DNA of 64,000 nt from Fusobacterium perfoetens ATCC 29250 (GCA_964239055.1 CAXSON010000009.1:1-64000); one strand, 5' to 3'. Counted from the first letter of the stretch, positions 9,026-22,064 are shown. Notes: generated from the sequence alone by a model not told the origin. Translations and numbers: made by a program.

Positions 9026-11155
9026 CTATTTTCTAAGTCCTGTCATAAATTCTTCTGTATATGGTGCAACTTCAACTTCTAGTTCAGCCATATCAGCTCT
9101 TACAACAATAACATCAAGTTTATCTCCAAGATTATATATTTCTCCGCTGTCTTTATCTGCCATTGTATAATTTACTTCATCAAACTCATAATAATGAGGT
9201 GAATTTGTTACATCCCACATACATTCAACAAGTTCATCTGTTTCAATAAATACTTTTCTATTGGCAAAACCTGTAATAGTTCCTTTGAAAACTTCACCAA
9301 CCTTATCAAGCATATATTCTACAACTTTTATTTTTACACTTTCTTCTTCGGCTTTCATTGCATCTCTTTCTGTTTTAGAAATTGCAAGACAAATTCCTCC
9401 AAGAGTCTCTTCAAGTTTTTTAATATATTTTTCTTTTGGATAACCATGAAGAACTGAACCTAAAATTCTATGAATCATAAGGTCTGAATATCTTCTTATC
9501 GGAGAAGTAAAATGTGTGTAATAGCTTGATGCCAAGCCGAAATGTCCTACATTTTCTGGAGTATATCTTGCCTGTTTAAGGGCCATAAGAACCATCTTAT
9601 GAACTATAAGGCTAAGTCCTTTATCTTTTGAATCTTCTATTATTGTCTGGAATTTTTTAGGATGAATTCCCTCAGCTGAATGAATTCTGTAACCAAATTT
9701 TCCAAGAACATCATTAAGAGCTTCTATTCTCTCACTGTCTGGTTTTTCATGTGTTCTGTAAATACTTGGAATTTCCAGCCAGAAAAGTTTTTCTGCCACA
9801 GCTTCGTTAGCTTCAATCATAAAATCTTCAATTACTTTTTCAGCTTCTCCTCTGTCACGTCTTCTCAAATATTTTACTTTTTTATCTTCATCAAGAACAA
9901 CTTGAATTTCAGGAAGCTCGAAATCAATGCTTCCTCTTTTATGTTTAATTTCTCTTATTATTTTAGAAAGTTCAAGCATATTAAAGCACATTTCCTTTAT
10001 GCTTTCATACTGTTTTGTTATCTCTTCATCTCCGTCAAAAATTTTATTTACATTATCATATGTCATACGAAAAGCTGTTTTTATTACAGATTTATATGTA
10101 TCTGCTGAAACAACTTTTCCATCTGGAGCTATCTCCATATCACAAGTAAAAGTAAGTTTATCTTCATTTGGATTTAACGAACAAATTCCATTTGAAATTT
10201 CTTTTGGAAGCATTGGAAGAACTCTGTCCACAAGATAAACTGAATTTCCTCTTTTTAATGCCTCTTTATCAAGAGCTGTTCCTTCTTTTACATAATGACT
10301 TACATCTGCAATGCTGACTATAAGTCTATAATTTCCATTTTCAAGTTTTTCAACATAGACAGCATCATCAAGGTCTTTTGCATCTGCTCCGTCAATAGTT
10401 ATTATTGGAAGATTTCTCAAATCTTTTCTGCCCTCATATTCTTCTTTTGAAATTTCTGTTTTAATATTTCTTGCTTCACTTAAAACTTCATCAGGAAATT
10501 CTGGATTTAATCCTGTTCTTTTTATAAGAGCTTCTATCATTACATCACTGTCTAAAGGATTTCCAAGTTTTTCAACAATTTTTCCCTCTGGCTTTCTGTC
10601 TTTATCTCCCCAGAAATCAATTTTAACAAGAACAAGATCTCCGTCTTCAGCCATTTTTAAATATTTTTTCGGGATATATATATCCTGTCCGAAAGAGTGT
10701 GTAGGAACAACAAAACCAAAATCTTTTCTTTTTGATAAAATTCCAACAACAGTATCATTTTCTCTTTTTATGATTTTAACAACTTCTCCTTCTCTTTTTC
10801 CATCTTTGAAGCTGCTCTCTCTAATTCTTGCAAGAACAGTATCGCCATTTAAAGCTCCGTTAAAATCTCTTCTTGGAATAAAAAATCCCTCTTCTTCCGT
10901 ATCAACAAAAGCAAATTTATTTTTTACTACCGAAAATGTTCCTTTTACAATTCCAACATTCTCAGGCACATTGTATCTTCCTTTATTATTTTTTACAATT
11001 TCCCCTGCTTCAACCCAAGAATTTACTATTTCTCTGTTTTCTTTTTTAAATTTAGGAGACCAGCCAAGTATACTGTAAATTTCGTCAAGAGTTAAAGATT
11101 TTTTTCTCTCGTTCAAATTCTTTTTTAATTTCTGTAAATCTTTTTCTATGTTCAT
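9026..11155 (-). CDS. rnr: Ribonuclease R
   Basis: 709 aa with RNB catalytic region (IDGADAKDLDDAV) and C-terminal S1 domain. Confidence 0.85.
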   Translation of the reverse strand: MNIEKDLQKLKKNLNERKKSLTLDEIYSILGWSPKFKKENREIVNSWVEAGEIVKNNKGRYNVPENVGIVKGTFSVVKNKFAFVDTEEEGFFIPRRDFNGALNGDTVLARIRESSFKDGKREGEVVKIIKRENDTVVGILSKRKDFGFVVPTHSFGQDIYIPKKYLKMAEDGDLVLVKIDFWGDKDRKPEGKIVEKLGNPLDSDVMIEALIKRTGLNPEFPDEVLSEARNIKTEISKEEYEGRKDLRNLPIITIDGADAKDLDDAVYVEKLENGNYRLIVSIADVSHYVKEGTALDKEALKRGNSVYLVDRVLPMLPKEISNGICSLNPNEDKLTFTCDMEIAPDGKVVSADTYKSVIKTAFRMTYDNVNKIFDGDEEITKQYESIKEMCFNMLELSKIIREIKHKRGSIDFELPEIQVVLDEDKKVKYLRRRDRGEAEKVIEDFMIEANEAVAEKLFWLEIPSIYRTHEKPDSERIEALNDVLGKFGYRIHSAEGIHPKKFQTIIEDSKDKGLSLIVHKMVLMALKQARYTPENVGHFGLASSYYTHFTSPIRRYSDLMIHRILGSVLHGYPKEKYIKKLEETLGGICLAISKTERDAMKAEEESVKIKVVEYMLDKVGEVFKGTITGFANRKVFIETDELVECMWDVTNSPHYYEFDEVNYTMADKDSGEIYNLGDKLDVIVVRADMAELEVEVAPYTEEFMTGLRK

Positions 11156-11159
11156 TTTC

Positions 11160-11723
11160 TCATCTCCTTTTATTTTTTATAAGATCATCTCTCATTTTAA
11201 TTGTATCTATATGTATTATACCACCTTTTTCTTTTAAATATTCTATTTTTCTATTAACTTCCATTATTATTCCACTGTCTAAATCTTTTAATGTTTCTTT
11301 TCTTATTTCATCTACACACGGATAATTTCTTCCCATCTCTATTGCATCGCCTATATATACTATTTTTTCAAGAATAGACATATTTTCTCTTCCAATAGTA
11401 TGATATTTTATAGCATTTAAAATATCGTTGTCTTTTATTCCAAATTCTTTTTCTGCAGCCATCCCACCTGCAAAACCATGAAGAATTTCAAAAAGAGTTT
11501 CATATCCTTTTATTTCTGGAACATCTTTACACATTTCTTTTAAAATTTCTATATTTGTTTCTTTCATATAATCGTGAAGAAGAGCAGAAATTCTTGCTTT
11601 TTCTGTATCAACCCCATTCTTTTCAGCTAAAATCACACACATTTCCTCTACACCTAAAACATGTTTAAATCTTTTTGCTGAAAGTTTTTCTTTTACTTTT
11701 TCTCTTAATTTATCTATATCCAT
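11160..11723 (-). CDS. yqeK: HD-domain hydrolase YqeK (bis(5'-nucleosyl)-tetraphosphatase-like)
   Basis: HD motif (HSLGV-like HVLGV..LLHD); probable start at the internal Met with AGGAGAG RBS (11723), not at 11783. Confidence 0.65.
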   Translation of the reverse strand: MDIDKLREKVKEKLSAKRFKHVLGVEEMCVILAEKNGVDTEKARISALLHDYMKETNIEILKEMCKDVPEIKGYETLFEILHGFAGGMAAEKEFGIKDNDILNAIKYHTIGRENMSILEKIVYIGDAIEMGRNYPCVDEIRKETLKDLDSGIIMEVNRKIEYLKEKGGIIHIDTIKMRDDLIKNKRR

Positions 11724-11792
11724 TTTTTCTCTCCTTATTTCTAAAAAAAGCTGTTGTATTATAAAATAGATAAAATACAACAACTTTTATTA

Positions 11793-12416
11793 CTAGATAT
11801 CTTTTTTATATTTATAATCTTTCAATAAATTTGCATACTTAACTTTTTCTAAATCAGCATTATTTATTAAAATTCTCACACTATCTATCCCACCTGCATT
11901 AGTAAGAGAATTTACAAAAGAATAAATAATAAGAAGTTCTGATTTTGCATTTGTCACATTGTCAAAAATCTTTTCTGGAAGATCTAAATATATTTTTTTA
12001 TCTAAAATATAATAAACAATATCTTTCTTATCAATTTCAGGAACAAAATTTCCTTCTTCAAGTTTTTTCAAAGTTTCAAAAATTGTTGCTTTTAAAAACT
12101 CATCTTTAGATTTTACTTTTGGAACTACAATTTCTTCATTTGTAATGCTGTTATCTTTTGGATAAAAAACATATATTTTATCATTTTCCTCTTTTACTGT
12201 TCCATCTGTTCTTGTAAAAACAATTTCTGGAGATTTTGCTCTTGCTTCAATTCTGTGATTTACAAATCCTAAAATAACTGCAGCAATCCACATTGCCCCC
12301 ATTATCATATACATTTTTTCTTTTGTTATTTTTCTTTTTTCAGTTTTTTCTTCAGATGATTTTTCAATAACTTTTTCGCTGTTTTTAATATTTTTTTCTT
12401 TCAAATTTTTAAACAT
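11793..12416 (-). CDS. Membrane-anchored GerMN-domain protein
   Basis: N-terminal TM helix; C-terminal GerMN-like region (SLTNAGGIDSVRILINN). Confidence 0.45.
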   Translation of the reverse strand: MFKNLKEKNIKNSEKVIEKSSEEKTEKRKITKEKMYMIMGAMWIAAVILGFVNHRIEARAKSPEIVFTRTDGTVKEENDKIYVFYPKDNSITNEEIVVPKVKSKDEFLKATIFETLKKLEEGNFVPEIDKKDIVYYILDKKIYLDLPEKIFDNVTNAKSELLIIYSFVNSLTNAGGIDSVRILINNADLEKVKYANLLKDYKYKKDI

Positions 12417-12430
12417 ATTTTTCTCCCAAA

Positions 12431-13456
12431 TTAATAAAAATATTTTCTCACATGTTCTGCTATTTTCTGAGCCATTATTTTTTGATTTGTTCTGTTTGTC
12501 ATTTTTCTGTGATCTTCAGGATTTCTTATAAATCCAAGTTCAATAAGAATTCCCGGACTGCTTATCCCTCTTAAAACAGCAAAGTTTGCTCCGTGAATTC
12601 CTCTGTCTTTCATTCTCATCCTTGCAGAAAGATCTCTGTTCAGCCCCTCTGCCAGTTTAATTGATTTTTCCTGATTTTTATTATAGGCTATCTGCCCCAT
12701 TATCTGCACAATGCTGTTTGCATCTTCACCATATTTTGCACCAACACTGTTTTCAAATTCTGCTATTCTTTCAGCATAAGGAGAAGATTTTTTAGAAAAA
12801 TAAAATATTTCCATTCCGCTTAATTTTGAATTTTCAGCAGAGTTTATATGAACACTTATAAATAAATCTGCACCTATTCCGTTTGAAATCTTGCTTCTAT
12901 TAGTAAGTGTTATAAATTCATCAGAATCCCTTGTCATAACAACATTAAAGTCTTTTTTAAGTTCATCACGAAGATATTTCCCAACTGCAAGAGCTATATC
13001 TTTTTCTTTTGTTCCGCCAATTCCTATTGCTCCAGGATCTTTTCCCCCATGTCCCGGGTCAATTACAACAGTATATTGTTTATTCTGGGCATTTTTAGAA
13101 AAATCAACAACAACTCTGTTTGGATTTTTTCTTAAAGAAACTTTGTGAAATATATTTTTATTAAGTGTCACAAAATATCCGCTGGAAGTTCCATAATCTA
13201 CTCTCTGAACTTTTTCTATATATTTAGGAAGTCCGTTTCTTGTATTTTTATCTTTTGCTGAAGAATTATTTCCGATATCCAGAAAAAGAAGTCTGTTATA
13301 TTCATCATAATCTGCGGAATAAACAGGAGCATCTTCACTCAAATCAAAAACCATCTGTGGAGGATATTCATTAAATCTAACTTTTTCCACCACCGATCCA
13401 AACGAAAATATTGTTGCTGCTAAAAACAGCAATACAGCAAATATTTTTTTCTGCAT
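12431..13456 (-). CDS. N-acetylmuramoyl-L-alanine amidase (Amidase_3 family)
   Basis: VVIDPGHGGKDPGAIG zinc-amidase motif; signal peptide; start assigned to the Met preceded by an AGGAGGAAG RBS. Confidence 0.8.
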   Translation of the reverse strand: MQKKIFAVLLFLAATIFSFGSVVEKVRFNEYPPQMVFDLSEDAPVYSADYDEYNRLLFLDIGNNSSAKDKNTRNGLPKYIEKVQRVDYGTSSGYFVTLNKNIFHKVSLRKNPNRVVVDFSKNAQNKQYTVVIDPGHGGKDPGAIGIGGTKEKDIALAVGKYLRDELKKDFNVVMTRDSDEFITLTNRSKISNGIGADLFISVHINSAENSKLSGMEIFYFSKKSSPYAERIAEFENSVGAKYGEDANSIVQIMGQIAYNKNQEKSIKLAEGLNRDLSARMRMKDRGIHGANFAVLRGISSPGILIELGFIRNPEDHRKMTNRTNQKIMAQKIAEHVRKYFY

Positions 13457-13547
13457 TTTTGCTTCCTCCTGATTTATTCCATAAATTACAAAAAAGAGGA
13501 CAACATCAAATAAAACTTTCAAGCTGTCCTCTTTAATTTTTATTTAA

Positions 13548-13817
13548 CTATTTTAAAACTACTGCTACTGCTGATTTTCTTATTGTAAGGTTAACTCCTT
13601 TGTCAACTCTTACTTGGATATAGTCATCTTCTACTGATGATACAGTTCCTTTTATTCCACCAATAGTTACTATTTCATTCCCTTCTTTAAGAGAATCCAT
13701 CATATCTTTTTGTTTTTTCTGTTTCTTTTTATTTGGTAATATCATAAAGAAGTATATAATTGCAATCCAAACAGCAATCATTATGAAAGTACCATATTTA
13801 GCCATTATTTCATTCAT
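13548..13817 (-). CDS. yajC: Preprotein translocase subunit YajC
   Basis: 89 aa, single N-terminal TM helix, KKQ-rich linker, YajC-like C-terminus. Confidence 0.75.
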   Translation of the reverse strand: MNEIMAKYGTFIMIAVWIAIIYFFMILPNKKKQKKQKDMMDSLKEGNEIVTIGGIKGTVSSVEDDYIQVRVDKGVNLTIRKSAVAVVLK

Positions 13818-13910
13818 ACTTTTACTTTCCTCCCAGAAATTTTTATATTTTGCTCAATTTAAAGTATATCATAGAGAGAGTTATTTTTCAATCTCCCTTT
13901 ATTTTTAAAA

Positions 13911-15077
13911 CTATCCTCTGAAGAAATCTTTAAATCTTTCTATAAAACTTTTATTCATTTTATAATTTTTTTCTTTAAGACTTTCATCAAATTTTCTTAA
14001 AAGTTCCTGCTGATCATCAGTTAAATTTGTAGGAACTTCTATTATAATTTTTACAAGCTGGTCTCCAGGAACATATCCTCTAGGATTATTTATTCCCTCA
14101 CCTTTTAATCTAAATACTTTTCCATTTTGAGTTCCTGCTGGAATTTTTATACTTTTCTTTCCTTTTAATGTAGGAATATCAATTTCTCCACCAAGAGCAG
14201 CTTTTGCAAACGTAATAGGAATTTCACAGATAATATCATCACCATGTCTTACAAAGAAATCATGTTCTTTTACATGAATAAAGATATATAAATCTCCGTT
14301 TGGTCCTCCCTCTGTACTTGCATCTCCCATTCCAGAAAGTCTTAATCTTTGTCCGTCTTCTATACCAATAGGAATTTTAACTGTTTTCTTAACTGTTTCT
14401 CTTTCAAGTCCTGTTCCATTACAAGATTTACATTTCTTTTCAGGGATTTTTCCTTTACCTTTACATTTATCACATTCTTCAACACTTTGGAAGTTTCCAA
14501 AAACTGTTCTTTGAGTAACTTTAATTTTTCCTGTTCCATTACATTTATCACAAGTTTTTAAATTGCTTCCAGGTTCTGCACCTGTTCCGTTGCAAGTTTT
14601 ACATTTTGCTTGTCTTCTATAATTTATTTCTTTCTCAACACCTTTTGCCACTTCTTCAAGAGTAAGTGTAACATCAACTCTTAAATCAGCTCCAGGTTCT
14701 GGTCCTCTCTGTCTTCCTCCGCCGAAGCCACCAAAACCTCCGCCTCCGCCAAAGAATGATGAGAATATATCTTCAGCATTTCCAAATCCTTCAAATCCGC
14801 CGAAACCGCCAAATCCTCCAGCTCCGCCTCCGCCGTTTTCAAAAGCAGCATGACCAAATCTATCGTATTTAGCTCTCTTGTCTGCATCAGAAAGAACTTG
14901 ATAAGCTTCATTTACTTCCTTAAATTTTTCTTCAGCTTCTTTTTTTTCTTTCTCACTTGCATTACTGAATTTATCAGGGTGATATTTCATTGCCAATTTT
15001 CTATATGCTTTTTTTATGTCATTTTCACTGGCTGTTTTCTCTACCCCTAAAAGATCATAATAATCTTTTTTGCTCAT
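13911..15077 (-). CDS. dnaJ: Chaperone DnaJ
   Basis: J domain with HPD (KYHPDK); Gly/Phe-rich region; four CxxCxGxG zinc-finger repeats. Confidence 0.95.
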   Translation of the reverse strand: MSKKDYYDLLGVEKTASENDIKKAYRKLAMKYHPDKFSNASEKEKKEAEEKFKEVNEAYQVLSDADKRAKYDRFGHAAFENGGGGAGGFGGFGGFEGFGNAEDIFSSFFGGGGGFGGFGGGRQRGPEPGADLRVDVTLTLEEVAKGVEKEINYRRQAKCKTCNGTGAEPGSNLKTCDKCNGTGKIKVTQRTVFGNFQSVEECDKCKGKGKIPEKKCKSCNGTGLERETVKKTVKIPIGIEDGQRLRLSGMGDASTEGGPNGDLYIFIHVKEHDFFVRHGDDIICEIPITFAKAALGGEIDIPTLKGKKSIKIPAGTQNGKVFRLKGEGINNPRGYVPGDQLVKIIIEVPTNLTDDQQELLRKFDESLKEKNYKMNKSFIERFKDFFRG

Positions 15078-15107
15078 TTTTTATTCCTCCAAACTACAAA
15101 CTTATTA

Positions 15108-15986
15108 TTAAATTTCAAAAACAGTGATTTCAATAGCTCTTGTATATATTTCTTTTCCGCTTATTTTTTCTATTCCTGTTTTTTCTTCAAGTTTTCCAGA
15201 ACAGTTATCATAATCAGAAATTCCATTCCAAGGTTCAAAACATACATATTCTGCTCCTGGAACATTCCAGAAAGCTATATATCTGAATCCATCATAGTTA
15301 AATCCTAAAACTCTTTTGTCTTTTGTATTTTTTAAATATGCTGTTTTTGAATTTGTATTTTCAAATATTATTGCATCATTTATAAATCTGTCTTTTGATA
15401 ATTTCATTATATTTCCACTAAAAATATTTTCTTCTTTTCCTGCCGCAATTAAAGCTCCATTTAAAACTTTTGCATTTCCATCTTCATTTTTTTCAAATTC
15501 AATATAGTAATCAGAAAAATCCATTCCATCTTTTAGAGGTGCTGCAAATGCAGGGTGTGCTCCAAGTGAAAAATACATGTCTTCATTTCCTAAATTTTCA
15601 ACTCTGTATTCAAGTCTTAGTTTTCTTCCATCTAAAATATATTTCATATAGAAATTAAATTCAAACGGATATAATTTTTTTGTTTCTTCATTTGAGCTGA
15701 ATACAAATTCTACAAAATTATCTCCTGAAGAAGATAATTTATGTTCATAGTCTCTTGCAAAACCATGTTTTTTTGAAAATTCATAAGTTTTTCCATTGTA
15801 TGAATATCTGTTGTCTTTTATTGCTCCTACAAAAGGAAATAATACTGGAGAAGATTTAGCCCAGAATTTAGGATCTTTCTGCCAAACATATTCTTCATTT
15901 GTTTTTAAATCTTTTATGCTTGTAAGTTCTGAACCAAAACTATTTATTTTTACTTCCAAAAAATCATTCTTTAATGTATATTCCAT
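15108..15986 (-). CDS. Aldose 1-epimerase-family protein (LacX-like)
   Basis: 292 aa; mutarotase-like motifs (LFPFVG, HGFAR); inserted between dnaK and dnaJ. Confidence 0.6.
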   Translation of the reverse strand: MEYTLKNDFLEVKINSFGSELTSIKDLKTNEEYVWQKDPKFWAKSSPVLFPFVGAIKDNRYSYNGKTYEFSKKHGFARDYEHKLSSSGDNFVEFVFSSNEETKKLYPFEFNFYMKYILDGRKLRLEYRVENLGNEDMYFSLGAHPAFAAPLKDGMDFSDYYIEFEKNEDGNAKVLNGALIAAGKEENIFSGNIMKLSKDRFINDAIIFENTNSKTAYLKNTKDKRVLGFNYDGFRYIAFWNVPGAEYVCFEPWNGISDYDNCSGKLEEKTGIEKISGKEIYTRAIEITVFEI

Positions 15987-15997
15987 CTTCTATCTCC

Positions 15998-16468
15998 CTA
16001 TTTATTATTTTTTTCAAGTTCAAGCAGGTATTCTTTTATTTTTATTCCACCTTCAGAACTGAAACCTGTCATCTTTCCATTTTTTCCAATTACTCTGTGA
16101 CATGGAACAACAATTAAAATTTTATTGTCGCCATTTGCCTGCCCCACAGCCCTTGAGGATTTTGGATTTCCCAGTCTTCTTGCCTGTTCTCCATAGGTTA
16201 TAGTTTCCCCATAAGGAATTTTTAAAAGTTCATTCCATGCTTTTTTTCTAAATTCAGTTCCTCTTATATCAAGTTTCAAATCAAATTTTTTTCTTTTTCC
16301 AGAAAAATATTCCTCAAGCTGTTTCTTACATTTTTCAACTTCGGGACTTTTTTTAATTTCAATTTTAGGTTTTTCATTGCACTGCTTTATAGAACTTATT
16401 CCATTTTCCTCTTCTGTTATAATTAGATACCCTATGAAATCATTTTTTATATAGTCAATTCCTTTCAT
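15998..16468 (-). CDS. ogt: Methylated-DNA-protein-cysteine methyltransferase
   Basis: Active-site PCHRVI motif; 156 aa. Confidence 0.85.
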   Translation of the reverse strand: MKGIDYIKNDFIGYLIITEEENGISSIKQCNEKPKIEIKKSPEVEKCKKQLEEYFSGKRKKFDLKLDIRGTEFRKKAWNELLKIPYGETITYGEQARRLGNPKSSRAVGQANGDNKILIVVPCHRVIGKNGKMTGFSSEGGIKIKEYLLELEKNNK

Positions 16469-16553
16469 GGTCCTCCAAATATTTCCTCTATATAAAGTAA
16501 TTGGGAATAGAGAACTCCTCTATTCCCAACTAAATCTTATAACTTAACTGTCA

Positions 16554-18386
<1,833 letters not shown>

Positions 18387-18442
18387 CTAGCCTCCTAATG
18401 TATCCTTAAAATTAAATTTTTTATTTTTTAATTTATAATAAA

Positions 18443-19009
18443 TTATTTCTTACAAACTTTAACCATTGAAGGTCTTATTACTTTTCCCTTCATTTTATAA
18501 CCTTTTTGAAGTTCCATAATGATTTTGTTGTCATCATGTTCTGGACTTGCCTCAACCATTACAGCCATATGTTCGTGAGGATCAAATTCTGCATTTTCAG
18601 TTATTATTTCCTCAACACCTTCTGATTTCATTATATCTTTTAAGTTTCCAAGAATAATTTCAACTCCTTTTACAAGTCCGTCGAAATCTTTTGTCTGAGA
18701 TGATGAAGCTATTGCTCTTTCAAGATTATCCATTCCGTCAAGAAGTTTTGTTATAATCTTTTCTGATGCATATTTTCTAAGCTCTTCCATTTCTCTTTCT
18801 TTTCTTTTTGTAAAGTTTTGGAAATCAGCCTGTTTTCTCATATATGATTGCTTCCAGTCATCAAGTTCAGCTTTTAATTTTTCTATTTCTGCATTTTTAT
18901 CTGCTTCTCCCGCAGTTTCTTCATTTTCTTTTACATTTTCTGCTTCAGGAGTCTCCATAGTTTCCTTTTCTAATTCCTCGTTTAATATTTCTTTATCCTG
19001 TTCTGACAT
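18443..19009 (-). CDS. grpE: Nucleotide exchange factor GrpE
   Basis: Acidic N-terminus, coiled coil, GrpE C-terminal motif. Confidence 0.9.
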   Translation of the reverse strand: MSEQDKEILNEELEKETMETPEAENVKENEETAGEADKNAEIEKLKAELDDWKQSYMRKQADFQNFTKRKEREMEELRKYASEKIITKLLDGMDNLERAIASSSQTKDFDGLVKGVEIILGNLKDIMKSEGVEEIITENAEFDPHEHMAVMVEASPEHDDNKIIMELQKGYKMKGKVIRPSMVKVCKK

Positions 19010-19020
19010 TTTTCAACTCC

Positions 19021-20049
19021 TTATTTCTTTTTATTTTTATTGGTTAACAGCTTTTCGCTGTTTACTACTTTTTCAACTTCACTGCTCACATATTGAATAA
19101 GCCCCATTGTCTTTGAATAAGGCATTCTTTTTGGACCGATAACACCAATAACACCTTTGGCATCTCCCTGCTTATATATTGAATAAACAAAACTGTAATC
19201 TTCAAGTCCTTTTATTGGAAGCTCATCTCCCAAGATTACATTCACCTGTCCTTCTTCAGTATGTCTTGAATTTACCATTTCCTCAAAGATTTCTTTGACA
19301 TCTTTTTTCTTATTGAAAAGTTCTAAGACATCTAAAACATCACTTACATTTTTATCTTTAAATATGCTTGATGAGTTGTCAACAAATAATCTTCCCTCAA
19401 TATCCTGATAAATTTCTTTTTCAAGATCTGCATATTTTTGATAATTTGTTTTTATGAAGTTTTCAATCTCATAACTTTTTATACTATTAGTCTTAATTTT
19501 TTCATTTAAAGTTTGAGATAATTTTTTTAATTCTTCTTTTGTGATACTTTCTTCAAGTTTAATTTTCTTTGTAACAACACTCAAATCTTCCGTTACTATT
19601 ATTGCTAGAATAATATAATCATCTATATGTACAAGCTCGATTTTTTTAATTCTTTCTTTTCTGTAATCAGGCTCTATAACTATGGAAGCATAAGAAGTAA
19701 GTCTTGAAAGAAGAGTTGATGTCTGCTGAAGTATGTTGTCAAGTTCATTTACTTTTCTTTCATATTCAATATTTATCTTATTTTTTTCTTCCCTTGAAAG
19801 TTTTTCAATTTTTAAAAGTTCGCTCAGATAATATTTATATCCAAGGTCTGTGGGAATTCTTCCTGAAGATGAATGTGTTTTTTCTATAAATCCTCTATCC
19901 TCAAGGTCAGACATTACATTTCTTATTGTTGCTGAAGATAAATCTATATTATATCTTTTTACCAGAGTTCTGGAACCAATTGTTTCTCCAAACCTCAGAT
20001 AAAAATCTATTATTGCATTTAAAACCAATTTTTCTCTGTCTGTCAACAT
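19021..20049 (-). CDS. hrcA: Heat-inducible transcription repressor HrcA
   Basis: N-terminal winged helix (LTDREKLVLNAIIDFYL...IRNVMSDLE); 342 aa; first gene of the hrcA-grpE-dnaK operon. Confidence 0.9.
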   Translation of the reverse strand: MLTDREKLVLNAIIDFYLRFGETIGSRTLVKRYNIDLSSATIRNVMSDLEDRGFIEKTHSSSGRIPTDLGYKYYLSELLKIEKLSREEKNKINIEYERKVNELDNILQQTSTLLSRLTSYASIVIEPDYRKERIKKIELVHIDDYIILAIIVTEDLSVVTKKIKLEESITKEELKKLSQTLNEKIKTNSIKSYEIENFIKTNYQKYADLEKEIYQDIEGRLFVDNSSSIFKDKNVSDVLDVLELFNKKKDVKEIFEEMVNSRHTEEGQVNVILGDELPIKGLEDYSFVYSIYKQGDAKGVIGVIGPKRMPYSKTMGLIQYVSSEVEKVVNSEKLLTNKNKKK

Positions 20050-20066
20050 TCCTTCTCACCCTCCTG

Positions 20067-20093
20067 TTAGCACTCGTTATACAGGATTGCTAA
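20067..20093 (-). promoter_or_regulatory. CIRCE operator (HrcA binding site)
   Basis: Minus strand TTAGCAATC-N9-GAGTGCTAA, one mismatch to the TTAGCACTC-N9-GAGTGCTAA consensus, about 20 nt upstream of the hrcA start. Confidence 0.8.
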
Positions 20094-20275
20094 CCACATA
20101 CATAATGTACTATACTTTTTTTTATTTGTCAATATTTTTTTAGCCACATTTATATACACCTGCTAAAAATTGTTTATAACTTTTTATTTTTCAAAATCAT
20201 AAAACGATAGCCACCCTATAAAATTTTTTCAAAAAACAAAAAAAGGGGCTGTTGCATTTTCTAAATTGTAAAAAT

Positions 20276-20420
20276 AAAATTTTAGGAGATTGAAAATATT
20301 TTTGTGATTTATGAAGTGAGTTGAACGTTAAAAAATGACATGTTTGAACGAAGTGAGTTTGTCATTTTTAGTGAAACGAACAATATAAATAAAAAATATT
20401 TTCACGGTATAAAATTTTAT
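20276..20420. repeat. MITE-like structured intergenic repeat, copy 2 (subfamily A)
   Basis: TIRs AAATTTTAGGAGATTGAAAAT / TTTTCACGGTATAAAATTT; core hairpin has a compensatory variant AAAATGACA...TGTCATTTT. Confidence 0.75.
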
Positions 20421-20454
20421 TTTTACAGGTTTGCAACAACCCCCTTTTTATAAT

Positions 20455-21246
20455 TTAACTATGATATTCTAAAATATAAATTATATCCTGCTCGGTATTA
20501 ACAAAAGCAACCACTGTTCCTCCCCAGCAGGTAAATCTGAAACCATCAGCCCCGCATACAGCCATATTGGGCGAAAGATTATATTTGTTTTCAAGATTAT
20601 ACTCTAAATTTAAGAAGAATTCTTCTATACAGTAAGAAACATCTTCCGGCGAAAGTGAAATATCTCTTTCATCATGCCCGTAATTTTCTGTAAGTTCATT
20701 TATATGACAGAAGCTTCCTGTCTTTTCAAAATAATATTTTGTAAACTCGTAACAATAAAATGCTTCTGCAAAATACTGAGGGTCTTGTTCTTTAGTAAAT
20801 CTTGCAGTATTTTTTATCCACTCTTTATTTTTCTTATAATAATCTTTATAAGAAATCTTATTTTCAAAATATTCCTCTTTATTTTTCTGAAAATCTTTTT
20901 TCAAAGCAGAATAAAGTTCTGTAAAATTTGAGCTTCCAAAAGTTTCTGTTTTTCCAAGAAAGCGATATTTTCCATCTTCGTATTTAAACCCCCAAAAATG
21001 TCTTTCTGAATTTAAAAACACTTTCTCTGGAAATACTCCATCTGTTGAAAGAAGATGTACCGTATATTCTTTTCCCAAAATATGTTTTTTTACACTTAAA
21101 AGAGGTTTAAAATAACATTCAAGACTAGGGTCGTGAAAAACTTGAACTGCAGGGGGAAATAAAGTTATTCCTTTTAATTTTTCTTCCTCTAATTTTTTTA
21201 CTGCATTTTTTCTTATCTCTTTTTTATCTGCTTTTGTCAAATTCAT
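20455..21246 (-). CDS. Hypothetical protein
   Basis: 263-266 aa with no recognisable motifs; start probably the ATG at 21246 (GGGGTGA RBS) rather than the GTG at 21255; co-directional and 12 bp downstream of the lipoprotein gene. Confidence 0.5.
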   Translation of the reverse strand: MNLTKADKKEIRKNAVKKLEEEKLKGITLFPPAVQVFHDPSLECYFKPLLSVKKHILGKEYTVHLLSTDGVFPEKVFLNSERHFWGFKYEDGKYRFLGKTETFGSSNFTELYSALKKDFQKNKEEYFENKISYKDYYKKNKEWIKNTARFTKEQDPQYFAEAFYCYEFTKYYFEKTGSFCHINELTENYGHDERDISLSPEDVSYCIEEFFLNLEYNLENKYNLSPNMAVCGADGFRFTCWGGTVVAFVNTEQDIIYILEYHS

Positions 21247-21266
21247 AAATTTCACCCCGCATTTAT

Positions 21267-22064
21267 TTAATTTTCAGCACCCAGCAGTTTTTTTAATCCT
21301 GCTTTTGGAAGGCTCATTATTTCTAATCCTTTTGTCACGCCATACATAAAAATTTTTGTACCGTAACCTATATTTTCAGAAGTTGTTACTTCTTTTCCTT
21401 CATAAAGATTTCCATTTTCATTTGTGTAATATCTCACTCTTGAATTAGTATATCCCTCTAAATGTTTTTCTAAAAACAGAGGGCTGTTTACTGAAATTAT
21501 ATCAAGCCTCATATCCCTTATTTTTTCATCGAAATAATTTTCACGACAGTATTTAAGCTTTACATAATGAAGTGCGTCCATAACATAATAATTTTCATTT
21601 TCATTAGCTATTATATGCAAAGTTTTATTCTGCATATTCCATATAATTTCCCCAAGTGTCACAGCTTCATCACTGTATTTCATTATATCTGAATACCCGT
21701 CTTCTTTTATAAATTTCTTGTAAAACTCACTTGTCATCTTTTCATAACTTTCAAAGTTATAAACTATAAATATCTTATTTTTTCCTTCAACTGCTCTTTC
21801 ATCATAGAAGTAAATCACTTTTTCTTTATCATCTAATATAAGTTCTCTAGGAATTCTTAATTTTTTAGCAATAAGCTCTTTTTCCGAGATATCAGATATG
21901 TTTCTGTCAGGTCTGTCACTTGTCATCATAAATCCAACAAGGATTTCACCATCTTTCTGCACAGGTGTATATATCCCTTGTGTTTTACGTGGTCTTTCAA
22001 TTATTGTGTTTGTACACCCACACAAGATAAATATAAAAAAACAAAATAAAACAACCTTTTTCAT
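21267..22064 (-). CDS. Hypothetical lipoprotein
   Basis: Signal peptide with lipobox (ILCGCTN); GGGAGA RBS. Confidence 0.55.
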   Translation of the reverse strand: MKKVVLFCFFIFILCGCTNTIIERPRKTQGIYTPVQKDGEILVGFMMTSDRPDRNISDISEKELIAKKLRIPRELILDDKEKVIYFYDERAVEGKNKIFIVYNFESYEKMTSEFYKKFIKEDGYSDIMKYSDEAVTLGEIIWNMQNKTLHIIANENENYYVMDALHYVKLKYCRENYFDEKIRDMRLDIISVNSPLFLEKHLEGYTNSRVRYYTNENGNLYEGKEVTTSENIGYGTKIFMYGVTKGLEIMSLPKAGLKKLLGAEN